DNA of 64,000 nt from Candidatus Poriferihabitaceae bacterium. Its GTDB lineage: Bacteria > Pseudomonadota > Gammaproteobacteria > Arenicellales > Poriferihabitantaceae. The translations under genes and the position numbers were made by a program. The stretch is from contig OZ243931.1 of assembly GCA_965214055.1 (NCBI GenBank), positions 2,671,380-2,735,379 on the forward strand, in the 5' to 3' direction. Positions 27,608-38,078 of the stretch are shown here, in pieces. Every line of letters starts with the position of its first letter. Position 1 is the stretch's first letter. The notes below the pieces were generated by a model. That model worked only from the letters and a program-made list of their open reading frames with translations, ran no database searches and had not been told where the DNA came from.

Positions 27608-29596
27608 CTACATGAAGTCACGAAGAATGGACTGTTTCCACCTCCTGACATGGATCACGGCACCCCTTTCATATGCCTTGACTTCCCCTCGAATATGAAA
27701 TCGAGTCCGGTCCAGGACGAGCTCGCTTCGGGCAACAGTTTTGATACGCCAGTGGCCCCGGGTCATCCAGCAGATGAATTTCGCTTTCATGGAGGCAATC
27801 GGTGGATCATGGAGGTTGATCTTCCACTGGTTGACATGTTTCTGCCGGACCCGCAGTCCGTGCCCGGGCAGCACCTGCTCACCGGTATCGTCGAGGATTC
27901 TCATGATGGTTGAGTTGTCTTTTGTGTTGCGGGAGACCTTTCTTTTGTAGCGTGGGGATGACGCCATCTCATGTACTGGAAGCGGGTCGGGATTACCCGG
28001 AACGGGCAGGCTGCATTCCTCGCCTCCGGTCCTCACCGGCAGGGTGAGGGATGCAGAACCACCAGTGCTCAGGGTTGCGGTCACAATCTCGGGGGGAGGG
28101 AGTATCGTTGGCCAATAGGCGGTTGACAGGGCAATCCGGATCCGGTGTCCTGCCACAAACCGGTACCCGCATTCATCCAGCCGCAGGGTGATTTCCACCG
28201 ATTCACCCGGAATCATATATTCCGGGAATGTCTGGCTGTTTCGATGGCAAAGATTCAGAACTCCCCAGCTGACCCGGTATCCGACATCATCCGGGTGTAT
28301 ATCCACCAGCCTGGCAATGAGGTTTCCAACGGGCCGGTCAATGGCCACTTTCAGTTTCAGGATTGGACGTCCCAGAATTTCCAGGTCGGCGTCCAGGGGC
28401 GGGGTGTCGAACACCAGCGAACCGGCATCGTCTTCACACTGGTTTCCGGGCATTTCCCGGTCTGGTTTCAATGGAAAGAACTCTCCGGATTCCAGACCAC
28501 AGTCCTGGGGCGAACAAATCGACCAGGACTGGCCCTGTTTGGGAGGATCAGGTTTCAACTTCTGATTATCCAGGTAATATTTCGTCGGCAGGATATTGTT
28601 TGAAGGCCAGTTTTTCTCTGCGACCCAGCGGCCAGGATCATATTCCCGCCAGTCTGAAGGGCGGATGTTTTCGAGGATGTAGGCGCGATAATCGGGGAGG
28701 GCAGTGGCATCATTTTCAATTCCCTTCAGCCATCGGTCCCACCAGCGAATTGCTTCCAGATGGAAATCCAGCCGGGGATGCGGATAGGCAAAATGGGGGT
28801 ACCTGTGAATCCATGGGCCATTGATCGCCTTGGTGCGCGTACCCATGTTTTCCACGGTTGCGGGCGGAGCATTGAGATACCCGTCCGCCCAACCGCTGAT
28901 CACCAGGCAAGGAATGGTGATCTCCGCGTAGTTTTCACAAATGGAGCCATGTTTCCAGTAGGCATCTCGCCGCTGGTGGTTCAGCCAGTTGGGAAGCAGG
29001 AAAGGCTGGGTAGCCAGACGATGCAGCCACATGGCGCGCCACTGCGCTCCTGCGAGTTCGGGGTCGGGCGGTCGGGAAGCGTATCCCAGCATGACACTTG
29101 ACCACCAGAAATTCGAGTACAGATGGCCTCCATTCTTGTAATGAATGTCGTCATTGTAACGGTCCACGGTGGTGCCGATGGCGATCACCGCTTTCAGGGC
29201 AGGGGGCCGCAGAGCGGCCAGCTGCAATCCGTTGAATCCTCCCCAGGAAATTCCCATCATGCCGACATTGCCATCACACCACGCCTGTCCGGCAATCCAG
29301 GCAATGACCGCCAACCCATCCGCCATTTCCCGGGGCGAATATTCGTCATCAAAGGCTCCGTCTGACTCGCCATGACCCGCGATGTCAACCCGAACCCCCG
29401 CATACCCTGCCTCGGCCAGAACCGGATACGTTGATTCGTCACGATCCGTTGTTCCATCCCGCTTTCGATAGGGCAGATACTCCAGTATCGCAGGGACCGG
29501 AGTCTCTGTAACCGTATCCGGCAACCAGATTCTGGAGGCGAGCCGACGGCCATCAGCGAGCAGGATATACTGATTTTCCAGAACGTGAAAACTCAT
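27608..29596 (-). CDS. CocE/NonD family hydrolase (X-Pro dipeptidyl-peptidase S15-like alpha/beta hydrolase)
   Basis: 662 aa. ..PAILEYLPYRKRDGT..AGYAGVRVDIAGHGESDG..MGISWGGF.. (nucleophile elbow GxSxGG), plus a long C-terminal jelly-roll-size domain. Confidence 0.85.
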   Translation of the reverse strand: MSFHVLENQYILLADGRRLASRIWLPDTVTETPVPAILEYLPYRKRDGTTDRDESTYPVLAEAGYAGVRVDIAGHGESDGAFDDEYSPREMADGLAVIAWIAGQAWCDGNVGMMGISWGGFNGLQLAALRPPALKAVIAIGTTVDRYNDDIHYKNGGHLYSNFWWSSVMLGYASRPPDPELAGAQWRAMWLHRLATQPFLLPNWLNHQRRDAYWKHGSICENYAEITIPCLVISGWADGYLNAPPATVENMGTRTKAINGPWIHRYPHFAYPHPRLDFHLEAIRWWDRWLKGIENDATALPDYRAYILENIRPSDWREYDPGRWVAEKNWPSNNILPTKYYLDNQKLKPDPPKQGQSWSICSPQDCGLESGEFFPLKPDREMPGNQCEDDAGSLVFDTPPLDADLEILGRPILKLKVAIDRPVGNLIARLVDIHPDDVGYRVSWGVLNLCHRNSQTFPEYMIPGESVEITLRLDECGYRFVAGHRIRIALSTAYWPTILPPPEIVTATLSTGGSASLTLPVRTGGEECSLPVPGNPDPLPVHEMASSPRYKRKVSRNTKDNSTIMRILDDTGEQVLPGHGLRVRQKHVNQWKINLHDPPIASMKAKFICWMTRGHWRIKTVARSELVLDRTRFHIRGEVKAYERGAVIHVRRWKQSILRDFM

Positions 29597-29694
29597 GTTA
29601 TACCGATCTGCCGTCTGTGGACTGCAATGCAGTGTGCTTCAACCGTCCCGGCTCCGGGCATGGGCCTTGCCGGGTCCACGGAAACAGGTCTGGA

Positions 29695-29879
29695 TTACCG
29701 GGTGGATTCTTCCTCCGCCTGGGGCAGAAGGAACGCGTCGAGTTCCTTGGGCACGGTTCCACTTCGTGGTCCGGCAACGTTCGATCCAGTACATAATCCC
29801 TGATGGATTTCTCCTGCATCGCTACGGTCGTTTTCAGTTTTTTGTGTTGCTCCCGGGTGATTTCAATGGATAGACGCAT
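29695..29879 (-). pseudogene. ribbon-helix-helix (CopG/ParD-like) antitoxin-type gene, frameshifted, no toxin partner
   Basis: From the ATG at 29879 the sequence reads MRLSIEITREQHKKLKTTVAMQEKSIRDYVLDRTLPDHE... The expected continuation ..VPKELDAFLLPQAEEESTR* is found only in another frame, with its stop at 29695. The ORF-track frame instead runs on to 29598, abutting the hydrolase start. Confidence 0.5.
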
Positions 29880-30178
29880 GATTTTCTCATTGGCAATTAT
29901 TATCAGCCTGAAAGATAGTCCAAAATGGCAAAATATCCAACATGTTACAAGTGTTGTTTTTAATGCAGTACATACCGCTGCTTGCAAGCGTACATCCAAC
30001 GCGTGCATCAGCCTCGATTGGGAACATCCCACCATGGGCTTCACACAGCCCGATTTTGTAATCCCTGTATCAAAATGGTTCCTGGATCGCATTGCGATGA
30101 TGCGCCCGGCAAAGGCCCGGGTGAGCCAGATCACAATTTCAGATTGGTCGAGACCGGAGGTATTTATATGACTACAGG

Positions 30179-31321
30179 TTGTCTATACTCGATATCATGG
30201 TGAAGCCAATTTTCAGTATTGAGGATGCACGAAGGATTGCCCGTGGCAAGTTGCCTCGTCTCGCGTTTGACTATATCGATGGGGCGGCGGGTAACGAGGA
30301 ACTGAACCATTTCAACACATCGGCAATCGATCAAATCCGGCTGCAACCCCGTGTTTTGGTGAAAGTGGGGACCCGCGTACTCAAAAAAAACCTGTTGGGC
30401 AGGGAGTGGGGCCTCCCTTTTGGGATTGCGCCCATGGGGTTGGCGGGCCTGGCCTGGCCGAAGGCGGATCGCATGCTCGCGCAGGCCGCCAGGAGGTACG
30501 ACATTCCGGTGGGGGTGTCCACGATGGGCTCCTGTTCCATTGAAGAAATGAGACAGCATGCTGGTGGAAACTGCTGGTTTCAGCTTTATGTAGGCCCTGA
30601 CGAGGAAATGACCATGGCTCTGGTGGAACGGGCAGAAAAAAGTGGCTATGAAACCATGCTGTTGACGGTGGATGTTCCCGAGGTGGCAAAACGGAACCGG
30701 GAACAGAGAAATGGATTCGAAGCCCCCTTTAAAATAGGCATGAAACAATTTGTCGATTTTGCGACTCATCCTCACTGGTCACTTTCCACACTGGCCATCG
30801 GGAAACCCCAGTTGGTCAATGTGCGGGCCCAGAACTCGGACAGCGGGTTCAAGCGGTCGGACAGCCGGGCCTGGGTGGACTGGGCGTTTCTGGACAAACT
30901 CAGGTCGAAGTGGAAAGGAAACCTGATCATCAAAGGGATTACCTCGGTAGACGATGCGCTCAGAATTCAGCAGGCCGGTGCCGATGGAATCTATGTCTCA
31001 AACCATGGGGGTCGTCAATTGAACAGTGCGCCGACTACCATCGATGTACTGCCCGGGATTCGACAGGCAGTCGGAGAGAAATATCCGATTTTGTTTGACA
31101 GCGGGATACGCAATGGAGAGGCGGTGGTCAAGGCGCTGGCAAAAGGGGCCGATTACGTCATGCTGGGCCGTCCCTTCCTGTACGGGATTGGTGCGCACCG
31201 GGAGGCGGGGCTGGAGCGGATGGTGGAAATCCTGGTTCAGGAAATCCGGTCCACACTGGCCCAGATCGGACGCGTCTCCATGGAGGAAATCGATGCGAGC
31301 GTTCTGGTCGGTGCCGACTGA
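30179..31321 (+). CDS. FMN-dependent alpha-hydroxy acid dehydrogenase/oxidase (L-lactate dehydrogenase LldD / glycolate oxidase family)
   Basis: 380 aa. ..FDYIDGAAGNE.., LTVDVP, and SNHGGRQLNSAPTTIDVLP..FDSGIRNGEAVVKALAKGADYVMLGRPFLYG motifs. Confidence 0.85.
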   Translation: MSILDIMVKPIFSIEDARRIARGKLPRLAFDYIDGAAGNEELNHFNTSAIDQIRLQPRVLVKVGTRVLKKNLLGREWGLPFGIAPMGLAGLAWPKADRMLAQAARRYDIPVGVSTMGSCSIEEMRQHAGGNCWFQLYVGPDEEMTMALVERAEKSGYETMLLTVDVPEVAKRNREQRNGFEAPFKIGMKQFVDFATHPHWSLSTLAIGKPQLVNVRAQNSDSGFKRSDSRAWVDWAFLDKLRSKWKGNLIIKGITSVDDALRIQQAGADGIYVSNHGGRQLNSAPTTIDVLPGIRQAVGEKYPILFDSGIRNGEAVVKALAKGADYVMLGRPFLYGIGAHREAGLERMVEILVQEIRSTLAQIGRVSMEEIDASVLVGAD

Positions 31322-31547
31322 AAGGCGGGGCCACAACGGGACCGAAGCGTTGTTGACCCGAGTCTGACTTCCGGGCACTCCGGTTGGCCGGAGGGTGAAA
31401 ACCTGGCATCCCCAATCACTGAAATCCGGATACTCCTGGCCAAAATCGTCGGAATTCACCTTTCCTGAGAGCCGGGTACGAATCACATTGCCATCCCGCC
31501 GATTGAACCGGATGGGATGAATGGACCCCAGTCGAAAGCAATCCCTG

Positions 31548-31796
31548 TCAGGCCGTATCGCCCAGTGGTCCACCCAACCCCTTGTTGGAATCGGGAGGCA
31601 TTCGATGCAACACCATGTCATGATGCATTTCGGCGATGATCGCGCTGCCCGTTTTTTCACAAAGAAACGGAAAAATCGAATGAACCAAACAGGCCATGCT
31701 GCCAACAGCCAGCTTCATGGAAAACCGGGCAGCGTGCCGCATATGTTGAAAATAGGATTCGTTGACCTCTTCCAGGTGCCGTGTGAAATATGCCAT
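31548..31796 (-). CDS. small membrane protein, DUF6356-like
   Basis: 82 aa. MAYFTRHLEEVNESYFQHMRHAARFSMKLAVGSMACLVHSIFPFLCEKTGS.. matches my recollection of the DUF6356 pattern (..ETYFEHM..A..F......A.LVHA..P.L.....S). Confidence 0.55.
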   Translation of the reverse strand: MAYFTRHLEEVNESYFQHMRHAARFSMKLAVGSMACLVHSIFPFLCEKTGSAIIAEMHHDMVLHRMPPDSNKGLGGPLGDTA

Positions 31797-31920
31797 TGGT
31801 TTTAATCTCGGTTGGTTTGAAGGTATTTTGGCTTAAAATGATTGAGATTGTGTTCCAATTTGGTTTATAATTTTGAAATATTTTAGAATAAAATACTACT
31901 GTGATAATCGTTTATAGGAT

Positions 31921-32379
31921 ATGGATCAAATTGATTTAAAGATATTGGACTGTTTACAGCATGACGCGAGTTTGAGTGCGTCCGAGATTGCGGAGAAAGT
32001 CAACCTGAGCAAGACGCCTTGCTGGCGGCGTATACAGATGATGGAAAAATCAGGGGTGATCAGCAAGAGGGTCGCGCTGCTGAACCGTGAAAAACTCAAC
32101 CGCGACATGGATGTGTTTGTGACCATACGGACCAATCAGCACAATGCCAAGTGGTTTCGCAGGTTTTCGGTTATCGTCAACAGTTTTCCCGAAGTGGTCG
32201 AGTTTTACCGCATGAGCGGAGATGTCGACTATTTGATGCGGGTTGTGGTCCCGGACCTCAGGGCCTATGACCGTTTTTACCAGAACCTCATTGAAAAAAT
32301 TGACATCAATGATGTCAGCTCGAATTTTGCGATGGAACAAATCAAATATACCACCGCGATCCCCCTGCACAAGTCCTGA
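31921..32379 (+). CDS. Lrp/AsnC family transcriptional regulator
   Basis: 152 aa. DQIDLKILDCLQHDASLSASEIAEKVNLSKTPCWRRI HTH, followed by an RAM/AsnC_trans_reg domain. An AT-rich upstream region lies at 31800-31920. Confidence 0.9.
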   Translation: MDQIDLKILDCLQHDASLSASEIAEKVNLSKTPCWRRIQMMEKSGVISKRVALLNREKLNRDMDVFVTIRTNQHNAKWFRRFSVIVNSFPEVVEFYRMSGDVDYLMRVVVPDLRAYDRFYQNLIEKIDINDVSSNFAMEQIKYTTAIPLHKS

Positions 32380-32557
32380 CGATCTGTTTCAACAGATATC
32401 CGCGTTCGGCAAGGGCCCATGTCGGTTTGGAAGGGGACGTGCACACCCTGACAGTTTCATGTCACCGCATCCGGATCAGGTCCCCGTCACCGAATGGAAA
32501 CGCCCGGGGAGGTGCTTTCGGTCCCCCGAAGCCGTGGATTGAAAAAAATGGATATGG

Positions 32558-33388
32558 TCAGGGCTTGCGTCCCAGGGTCTCTCCCCAGGCGAAGGCGCCA
32601 AATGCGCCGGGAAGGGTTTTCCACTCAGCCAGCATGCTGAGCCAGCTGTCGAACTGCTCCTGACTGGCCAAACCGTGCTTGACAGCGGCTTTCACGGTAT
32701 CCGGGGAAAAAAACCAGCCCACCGAAAAGTTGTACAGAAATTCAACGTCTTCTGCAGTGCTGAACGGTTCAAATGAGGCACTTGCGATCACGTCTGAAAA
32801 CCCGGCTTCCAGAAACAGGCGTTTGAGTTCCTTGCCCATCTGCGGATGACCTCCATTGGCCCTGAGGAGCGAGGTAAAGGTGATCCAGGCGCTGCCGAGG
32901 TCTCCCATGTCCGGCTCGAAAAATGATGAACCGGCAATCAGGTCCCGGGAGGAGAGGATGCCTCCTGGCTTTAACACCCGGATCGCCTCCGCCAACACAG
33001 CCTGTGTATCCGGAACATGCATGAGTACGGCATGGCAGTGCACGATATCGAAGGTATTGTCCGAAAAGTCAAGCGCCGTCGCATCTCCCGTCTGGAAGAC
33101 AGTATTGTGGTGCCCCCCGTCCGAGGCGGCCGCCTGGGCCAGGGAAATCTGGGAGGCTTCGACATCCACACCATGCACTTTTCCGGGTGCGACCGCCTGA
33201 GCAAGGCCCATGGAAATCGTTCCGGGACCGCAACCGAGGTCCAGGACCTGCAGGCCGGGCTCAAGGTACGGGAGAAGATGCGCCGCATTCGATTGGGCAT
33301 TCCGTCTTCTGAGCAATTTCTGGAAATCCTCGCTGTAACCCATGGTGTAAGTCGTTTCGGAGGGGTCTGGCGGTACGGTATTCACTGT
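32558..33388 (-). CDS. class I SAM-dependent methyltransferase
   Basis: VLDLGCGPGTIS motif I. I placed the start at GTG 33388 (VNTVPPDPSETTYTMGYSE..) by analogy with family N-termini. ATG 33343 is the alternative, and the ORF-track start at 33490 looks too long. Confidence 0.8.
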   Translation of the reverse strand, partial: TVNTVPPDPSETTYTMGYSEDFQKLLRRRNAQSNAAHLLPYLEPGLQVLDLGCGPGTISMGLAQAVAPGKVHGVDVEASQISLAQAAASDGGHHNTVFQTGDATALDFSDNTFDIVHCHAVLMHVPDTQAVLAEAIRVLKPGGILSSRDLIAGSSFFEPDMGDLGSAWITFTSLLRANGGHPQMGKELKRLFLEAGFSDVIASASFEPFSTAEDVEFLYNFSVGWFFSPDTVKAAVKHGLASQEQFDSWLSMLAEWKTLPGAFGAFAWGETLGRKP

Positions 33389-33699
33389 GGTTGTCTCCTG
33401 CGTAAGGGGTAATGGTTTGGTTTTCGATCCGGATAGATTGTTGGGAATCGGAGGTTCCGGCAACCGTCCAGAATCCCGTATTTTCCACATGGTTGGTCGG
33501 AGAGCCTGGTCAGTTCCGGTTGTTCACATAGGGCCTGTACTATACACGGTGCCTTGTATATTGGGAATATTTTCCATCCACGGCACTTTACTTTTCTTTG
33601 ACTGGAATCGGTTCGAGCAACGCCCCGCCCGCCTGTTTTCGGAATCTGCCGGAAAGAGGGCAGTTCAGGCACATCCGCGTCGAAGAATTCAATTGCGGA

Positions 33700-34578
33700 T
33701 CAGGCATTCACCCTTGATCTCAGATACTGGTGAAAACCTACCGCAGTGACCACCATGGCCGCTCCTGCAATCTGTTGACCGGTCAAATTCTGGTTAAGCA
33801 GGATCAGTCCAAAGACAATCGCCCAGACAGGTGCGGTGGTATCGATGATGGCCGTTCGCAACGGTCCCACCATGCTGACCGCCGTGAACAGGCAGAATGT
33901 CGCCGTGACATAAAATACTGAACTGCCGGCAAAGAACAGCCAGCCAGCTGCTATTGTGGGCAGGGCGAGGTCCACAATGGTCATTGACATGACCAGGATA
34001 ATGGCCGTGACAACCGTCAGCGAATTCAACAGAACCTGGTAGTTGTCGTATTGTTTCAGTGCTTTTTCGCTTGTAAGCAGCATGGCAGCCATGACCAGCG
34101 CTGCGGCCACCGAGTAGGCCAGACCTTCCGGGTCGAGTTGTACCGGGGAGTCGACCAGAACGATGACCAGCCCACCAAATGCAATGGTCAGCAAACCCAG
34201 TAACTTTCCTGAAAACCGGTCCGTACCGGTGATCCAGCCAAACAGGGCGATGAGGATGGGGTAGGTGTAGAAAACAAGCACGGCGACCGCTACGGGTATG
34301 GTCTGGATGGCGCCAAGCATCACATACATTTCAATGCAAAGCAGCACGCCGACCGCACCGCACAGGAGGTGTGCCCGGCCCGTGACCATCGCCCGGGAGC
34401 GGTTCAGCTTCACCACCATGAGCAGGCAGCCAAGGAACAGGGTTGCCCGGGCCAGATTCAGGGAATGGATATTCGCTCCATACTCATAGCTCTTTCCGGC
34501 GAGGACCACGTTAAGCGCAAAGGACATCGCGGAAACCAGGGCGATGAGACTTCCAATCAGGGTTCGATTGTCAAACAT
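33700..34578 (-). CDS. DMT superfamily (EamA-like) transporter
   Basis: 292 aa from the internal Met (MFDNRTLIGSLIALVSAMSFALN..), with ten hydrophobic segments. The 135 upstream in-frame codons are not transporter-like. Confidence 0.85.
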   Translation of the reverse strand: MFDNRTLIGSLIALVSAMSFALNVVLAGKSYEYGANIHSLNLARATLFLGCLLMVVKLNRSRAMVTGRAHLLCGAVGVLLCIEMYVMLGAIQTIPVAVAVLVFYTYPILIALFGWITGTDRFSGKLLGLLTIAFGGLVIVLVDSPVQLDPEGLAYSVAAALVMAAMLLTSEKALKQYDNYQVLLNSLTVVTAIILVMSMTIVDLALPTIAAGWLFFAGSSVFYVTATFCLFTAVSMVGPLRTAIIDTTAPVWAIVFGLILLNQNLTGQQIAGAAMVVTAVGFHQYLRSRVNA

Positions 34579-35160
34579 GATTACGGTTTTGAACCGGGGA
34601 ACCTGGGTAAATCCCTGCCGGAATTTGAGTTGATTGAAATGGCCTGTAAACGGGTTCTTCCGGGTTGCCGCCGGGGTTTTTCCGAACAGGCAAGTCAGTG
34701 ACTGCTGGCGCAAGCATATTCCCAGCGTGCAGTTGGCCTGCTTCGGGCAATAGTCGCCAGTATACCGTTTTATGCCCCGGCGTTGGCTCCCTCCGAACGG
34801 GGTTTTCAAAATTGGTGCCCGTTGTGACAACCGCCGATAGAATACGGGGATGACGAATCTCGGGTTCAGGTTCAGGGAACCAGACAGGCCATTTCGGGTC
34901 CGGCCTTTGTATTTTTTGTCCCGGTCAAAATACGGGTTCCACCGCACGGGGCAGGTTCTCGGAATTGCCGTCATGGAGATCATGAATGGCCAGGCAACGG
35001 ATCCACTACCATCCCGCGCTGCATTTCCGGCCGGACCGGCTCATTATTTAAATCTGCATTCATGGGCAGAAAAGGGTAAAATCCGACTTCACCTCCCCCA
35101 CTTGATATGCTGCTTGTACGCAGATCGGCAACAAAATCCACACAAACCCACTTGTTTGAT

Positions 35161-36987
35161 ATGACTGTGATCGGTCGAAGAAACTATCCAGTTTCAAGAA
35201 TCCGGAATTTCTCGATTATTGCCCATGTGGACCATGGTAAATCGACCCTGGCAGATCGGTTTATCCAATTGTGCGGCGGACTGGAGAACCGGGAGATGAA
35301 AGAACAGGTGCTCGATTCCATGGACCTCGAGAGGGAAAGGGGAATTACCATCAAAGCGCAGAGTGTCACGCTGGAATACCAGGCAAGAGATGGAAAGAAG
35401 TACCAGCTTAACCTTATTGATACTCCCGGTCATGTGGATTTTTCGTATGAGGTATCCCGATCGCTCAGCGCATGCGAAGGCGCGCTGCTGGTGGTCGATG
35501 CGGCTCAGGGAGTGGAGGCACAAACGGTTGCCAACTGCTATGCCGCAGTGGACCTGGGGCTGACCGTCATCCCCCTGATCAATAAAATTGATCTGCCGGC
35601 GGCTGAGCCGGACCGGGTTCTCCAGGATATCGAAGATGTGATTGGACTGGACTGCACCGGGGCACTGGCAGTCAGCGCAAAGACCGGGCAGGGAGTGGAG
35701 ATGGTTCTTGAGCAAATCATCGACTCGCTGCCGCCGCCGGGGGGGGATGAAAATGCGCCATTGAAGGCGCTGATTCTGGATTCCTGGTTCGACAACTATC
35801 TCGGCGTGGTTTCCCTGATCCGGATTATGGACGGTTCGCTGGCTTCCGGCCGGGAACGGATCATGATGATGTCTACCTCCCAGGATTACCAGGTTGAGAA
35901 TATCGGGGTGTTTACCCCCAAGCCCACCAACGTGGATACGCTTTCCACGGGCAATGTGGGTTTTCTGATCGCGGGTCTGAAAGACATCAAATCGGCCAGG
36001 GTAGGGGATACCGTCACGTTTCTCAATCGTCCTGCAGACCATCGTCTGCCGGGCTTCAAGGAAGTCAAGCCGACGGTCTTCGCGGGTCTGTATCCGGTGA
36101 ACAGTGCTGACTTTGAGGCATTCCGGGTTGCCCTGGAAAAATTGAGCCTGAATGATGCTTCCCTGTCCTTTGAGCCGGAATCATCCCAGGCCCTGGGGTT
36201 TGGATTCCGTTGCGGATTTCTGGGAATGTTGCACATGGAAATCATCCAGGAACGGCTGGAACGAGAATACCAGCTTGAACTGATTGTGACAGCACCCACA
36301 GTGATTTATGAGGTCATTCAAAAAAACGGGGAGACCCTGTTTATTGACAATCCTGCGGAACTGCCCGACCCCTCCAATATTGACGCCGTCAAGGAACCGT
36401 ATATCGAAGCGCATATCCTGGTGCCCCACGAGTACGTTGGCGCCGTGATTACATTGTGCGTGGACAGTCGGGGTACCCAGAAGAACATCCATTACCACGG
36501 CCGGCAGGTCATGCTGGAGTTTGATGTGCCCCTGACAGAGGTGGTGGTGGATTTCTTTGACCGGTTGAAGTCGGTCAGTCGAGGATACGGATCACTGGAC
36601 TATGAACTGATCGAAAACCGATTCGCCGATATGGTAAAGATTGATATACTCATCAACGGGAAAAAAGTTGCCCCCCTGTCTGTCCTGGTCCACAGGGAAC
36701 AGAGCCAGTACCGCGCACGTGTCCTGGCAAAACGGATGCGCGCGCTGATACCCCGGCAAATGTTTGATGTGGCCATCCAGGCCGCCATTGGATCAAAAAT
36801 CATTTCCAGGGAAACGGTCAAGGCCCTAAGAAAAAATGTCACGGCCAAGTGCTATGGCGGAGACGTCACCCGAAAAAGAAAGTTGCTCGAAAAACAAAAA
36901 GCCGGAAAGAAACGAATGAAGCAAATCGGATCGGTCTCCATTCCCCAGGAAGCGTTTCTGTCGGTATTGAAGGTTGATAGAAACTAA
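35161..36987 (+). CDS. lepA: elongation factor 4 (LepA)
   Basis: [28 protein letters not shown], and NKIDL GTPase motifs, plus the LepA C-terminal domain. I placed the start at ATG 35161. Confidence 0.95.
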   Translation: MTVIGRRNYPVSRIRNFSIIAHVDHGKSTLADRFIQLCGGLENREMKEQVLDSMDLERERGITIKAQSVTLEYQARDGKKYQLNLIDTPGHVDFSYEVSRSLSACEGALLVVDAAQGVEAQTVANCYAAVDLGLTVIPLINKIDLPAAEPDRVLQDIEDVIGLDCTGALAVSAKTGQGVEMVLEQIIDSLPPPGGDENAPLKALILDSWFDNYLGVVSLIRIMDGSLASGRERIMMMSTSQDYQVENIGVFTPKPTNVDTLSTGNVGFLIAGLKDIKSARVGDTVTFLNRPADHRLPGFKEVKPTVFAGLYPVNSADFEAFRVALEKLSLNDASLSFEPESSQALGFGFRCGFLGMLHMEIIQERLEREYQLELIVTAPTVIYEVIQKNGETLFIDNPAELPDPSNIDAVKEPYIEAHILVPHEYVGAVITLCVDSRGTQKNIHYHGRQVMLEFDVPLTEVVVDFFDRLKSVSRGYGSLDYELIENRFADMVKIDILINGKKVAPLSVLVHREQSQYRARVLAKRMRALIPRQMFDVAIQAAIGSKIISRETVKALRKNVTAKCYGGDVTRKRKLLEKQKAGKKRMKQIGSVSIPQEAFLSVLKVDRN

Positions 36988-37028
36988 ACAGACAGTTTGA
37001 TTCATTTTTCTTAAATACGAGGTGTTTT

Positions 37029-37829
37029 GTGGATTTTTCGCTAATCATGTTTATCGCTTTGCTTGTCACGGGAGGGATTACACTTTTGTACAGGATTTAC
37101 TCCGGGATAAAAGGCAGCGGTAACAGGCGTTTTGCCGACTATGCCCAACCTGCGCGTTCAGAACCCATTATTGTCGAGTATGCGCGGTCATTATTTCCCG
37201 TCATACTGATCGTTTTTGTACTCCGTTCGTTTGTGGTGGAACCTTTCCGGATTCCTTCAGGTTCCATGCTGCCGAGTCTGCACATCGGTGATTTTATTCT
37301 GGTGAACAAGTATACCTATGGCATTCGGCTGCCTATTCTGGACACCAAGGTGGCCGCAGTGGGTTCGCCCGAACGCGGCGATGTGATGGTCTTCCGGTAT
37401 CCGGTGGACCCTGAACTCAATTTCATCAAGCGAGTCATCGGGTTGCCGGGAGATACCCTGTCCTATGTGGATAAAAAGCTGACGATCAATGGCCAGCAGG
37501 TACACACCGAACCCAATGGTGAATTCATCTACAAGCAGGCGAAGATGCGGGGCAAGACTGCCAACCAGATACAGGAAACCATTGATGATTCCGTGCATCA
37601 GATATTGCTGGATGAGGTGGGATTCTCCAGGGATCTTAGGGAAGTCAATGTTCCCGAGGGGCATTACTTTGTTATGGGGGACAACCGGGACCACAGCAAT
37701 GACAGCCGGTTCTGGCGTTTCGTCCCGGAAAGTCATGTGGTTGGCAAGGCATTTTTCATCTGGTTCAGCTGGAAAAGCACAAGCGGAGGGGGGGTCGAAT
37801 GGTCCCGAATCGGCAATTCCATCAAGTGA
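37029..37829 (+). CDS. lepB: signal peptidase I
   Basis: 266 aa with a GTG start. IPSGSMLPSL (catalytic Ser), KRVIGLPGD, and GDNRDHSNDSR boxes. Confidence 0.9.
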   Translation: MDFSLIMFIALLVTGGITLLYRIYSGIKGSGNRRFADYAQPARSEPIIVEYARSLFPVILIVFVLRSFVVEPFRIPSGSMLPSLHIGDFILVNKYTYGIRLPILDTKVAAVGSPERGDVMVFRYPVDPELNFIKRVIGLPGDTLSYVDKKLTINGQQVHTEPNGEFIYKQAKMRGKTANQIQETIDDSVHQILLDEVGFSRDLREVNVPEGHYFVMGDNRDHSNDSRFWRFVPESHVVGKAFFIWFSWKSTSGGGVEWSRIGNSIK

Positions 37830-38078
37830 TCTCTTCGATTTCAGGGAAATGTCCAGAGTTATTCACATCTGCAAATTTAACATCAAGAATAAAATATAAA
37901 ACTCTGTTTGATAAATATAATTTTTAAATTTATTTTTCTGGATACCTGCCCGGCAGAAATGCGATCACGGTTCAACCGAAGGGGTTGGATTTCTCAGGTT
38001 GCCCGGGTGCTTGATTCTTTTCTCCCTGTTCTGCAAAATCATGTTTTGCCCCAACTACCATCAAGGTAGCAAAAACCG

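Noticed and set aside
30998-31705. 235-aa minus-strand ORF, including a stretch (31322-31547) that falls in a real intergenic gap
   Set aside because: Most of it is antisense to the FMN dehydrogenase or overlaps the DUF6356 gene out of frame. The gap portion has no start codon of its own and no recognisable similarity.
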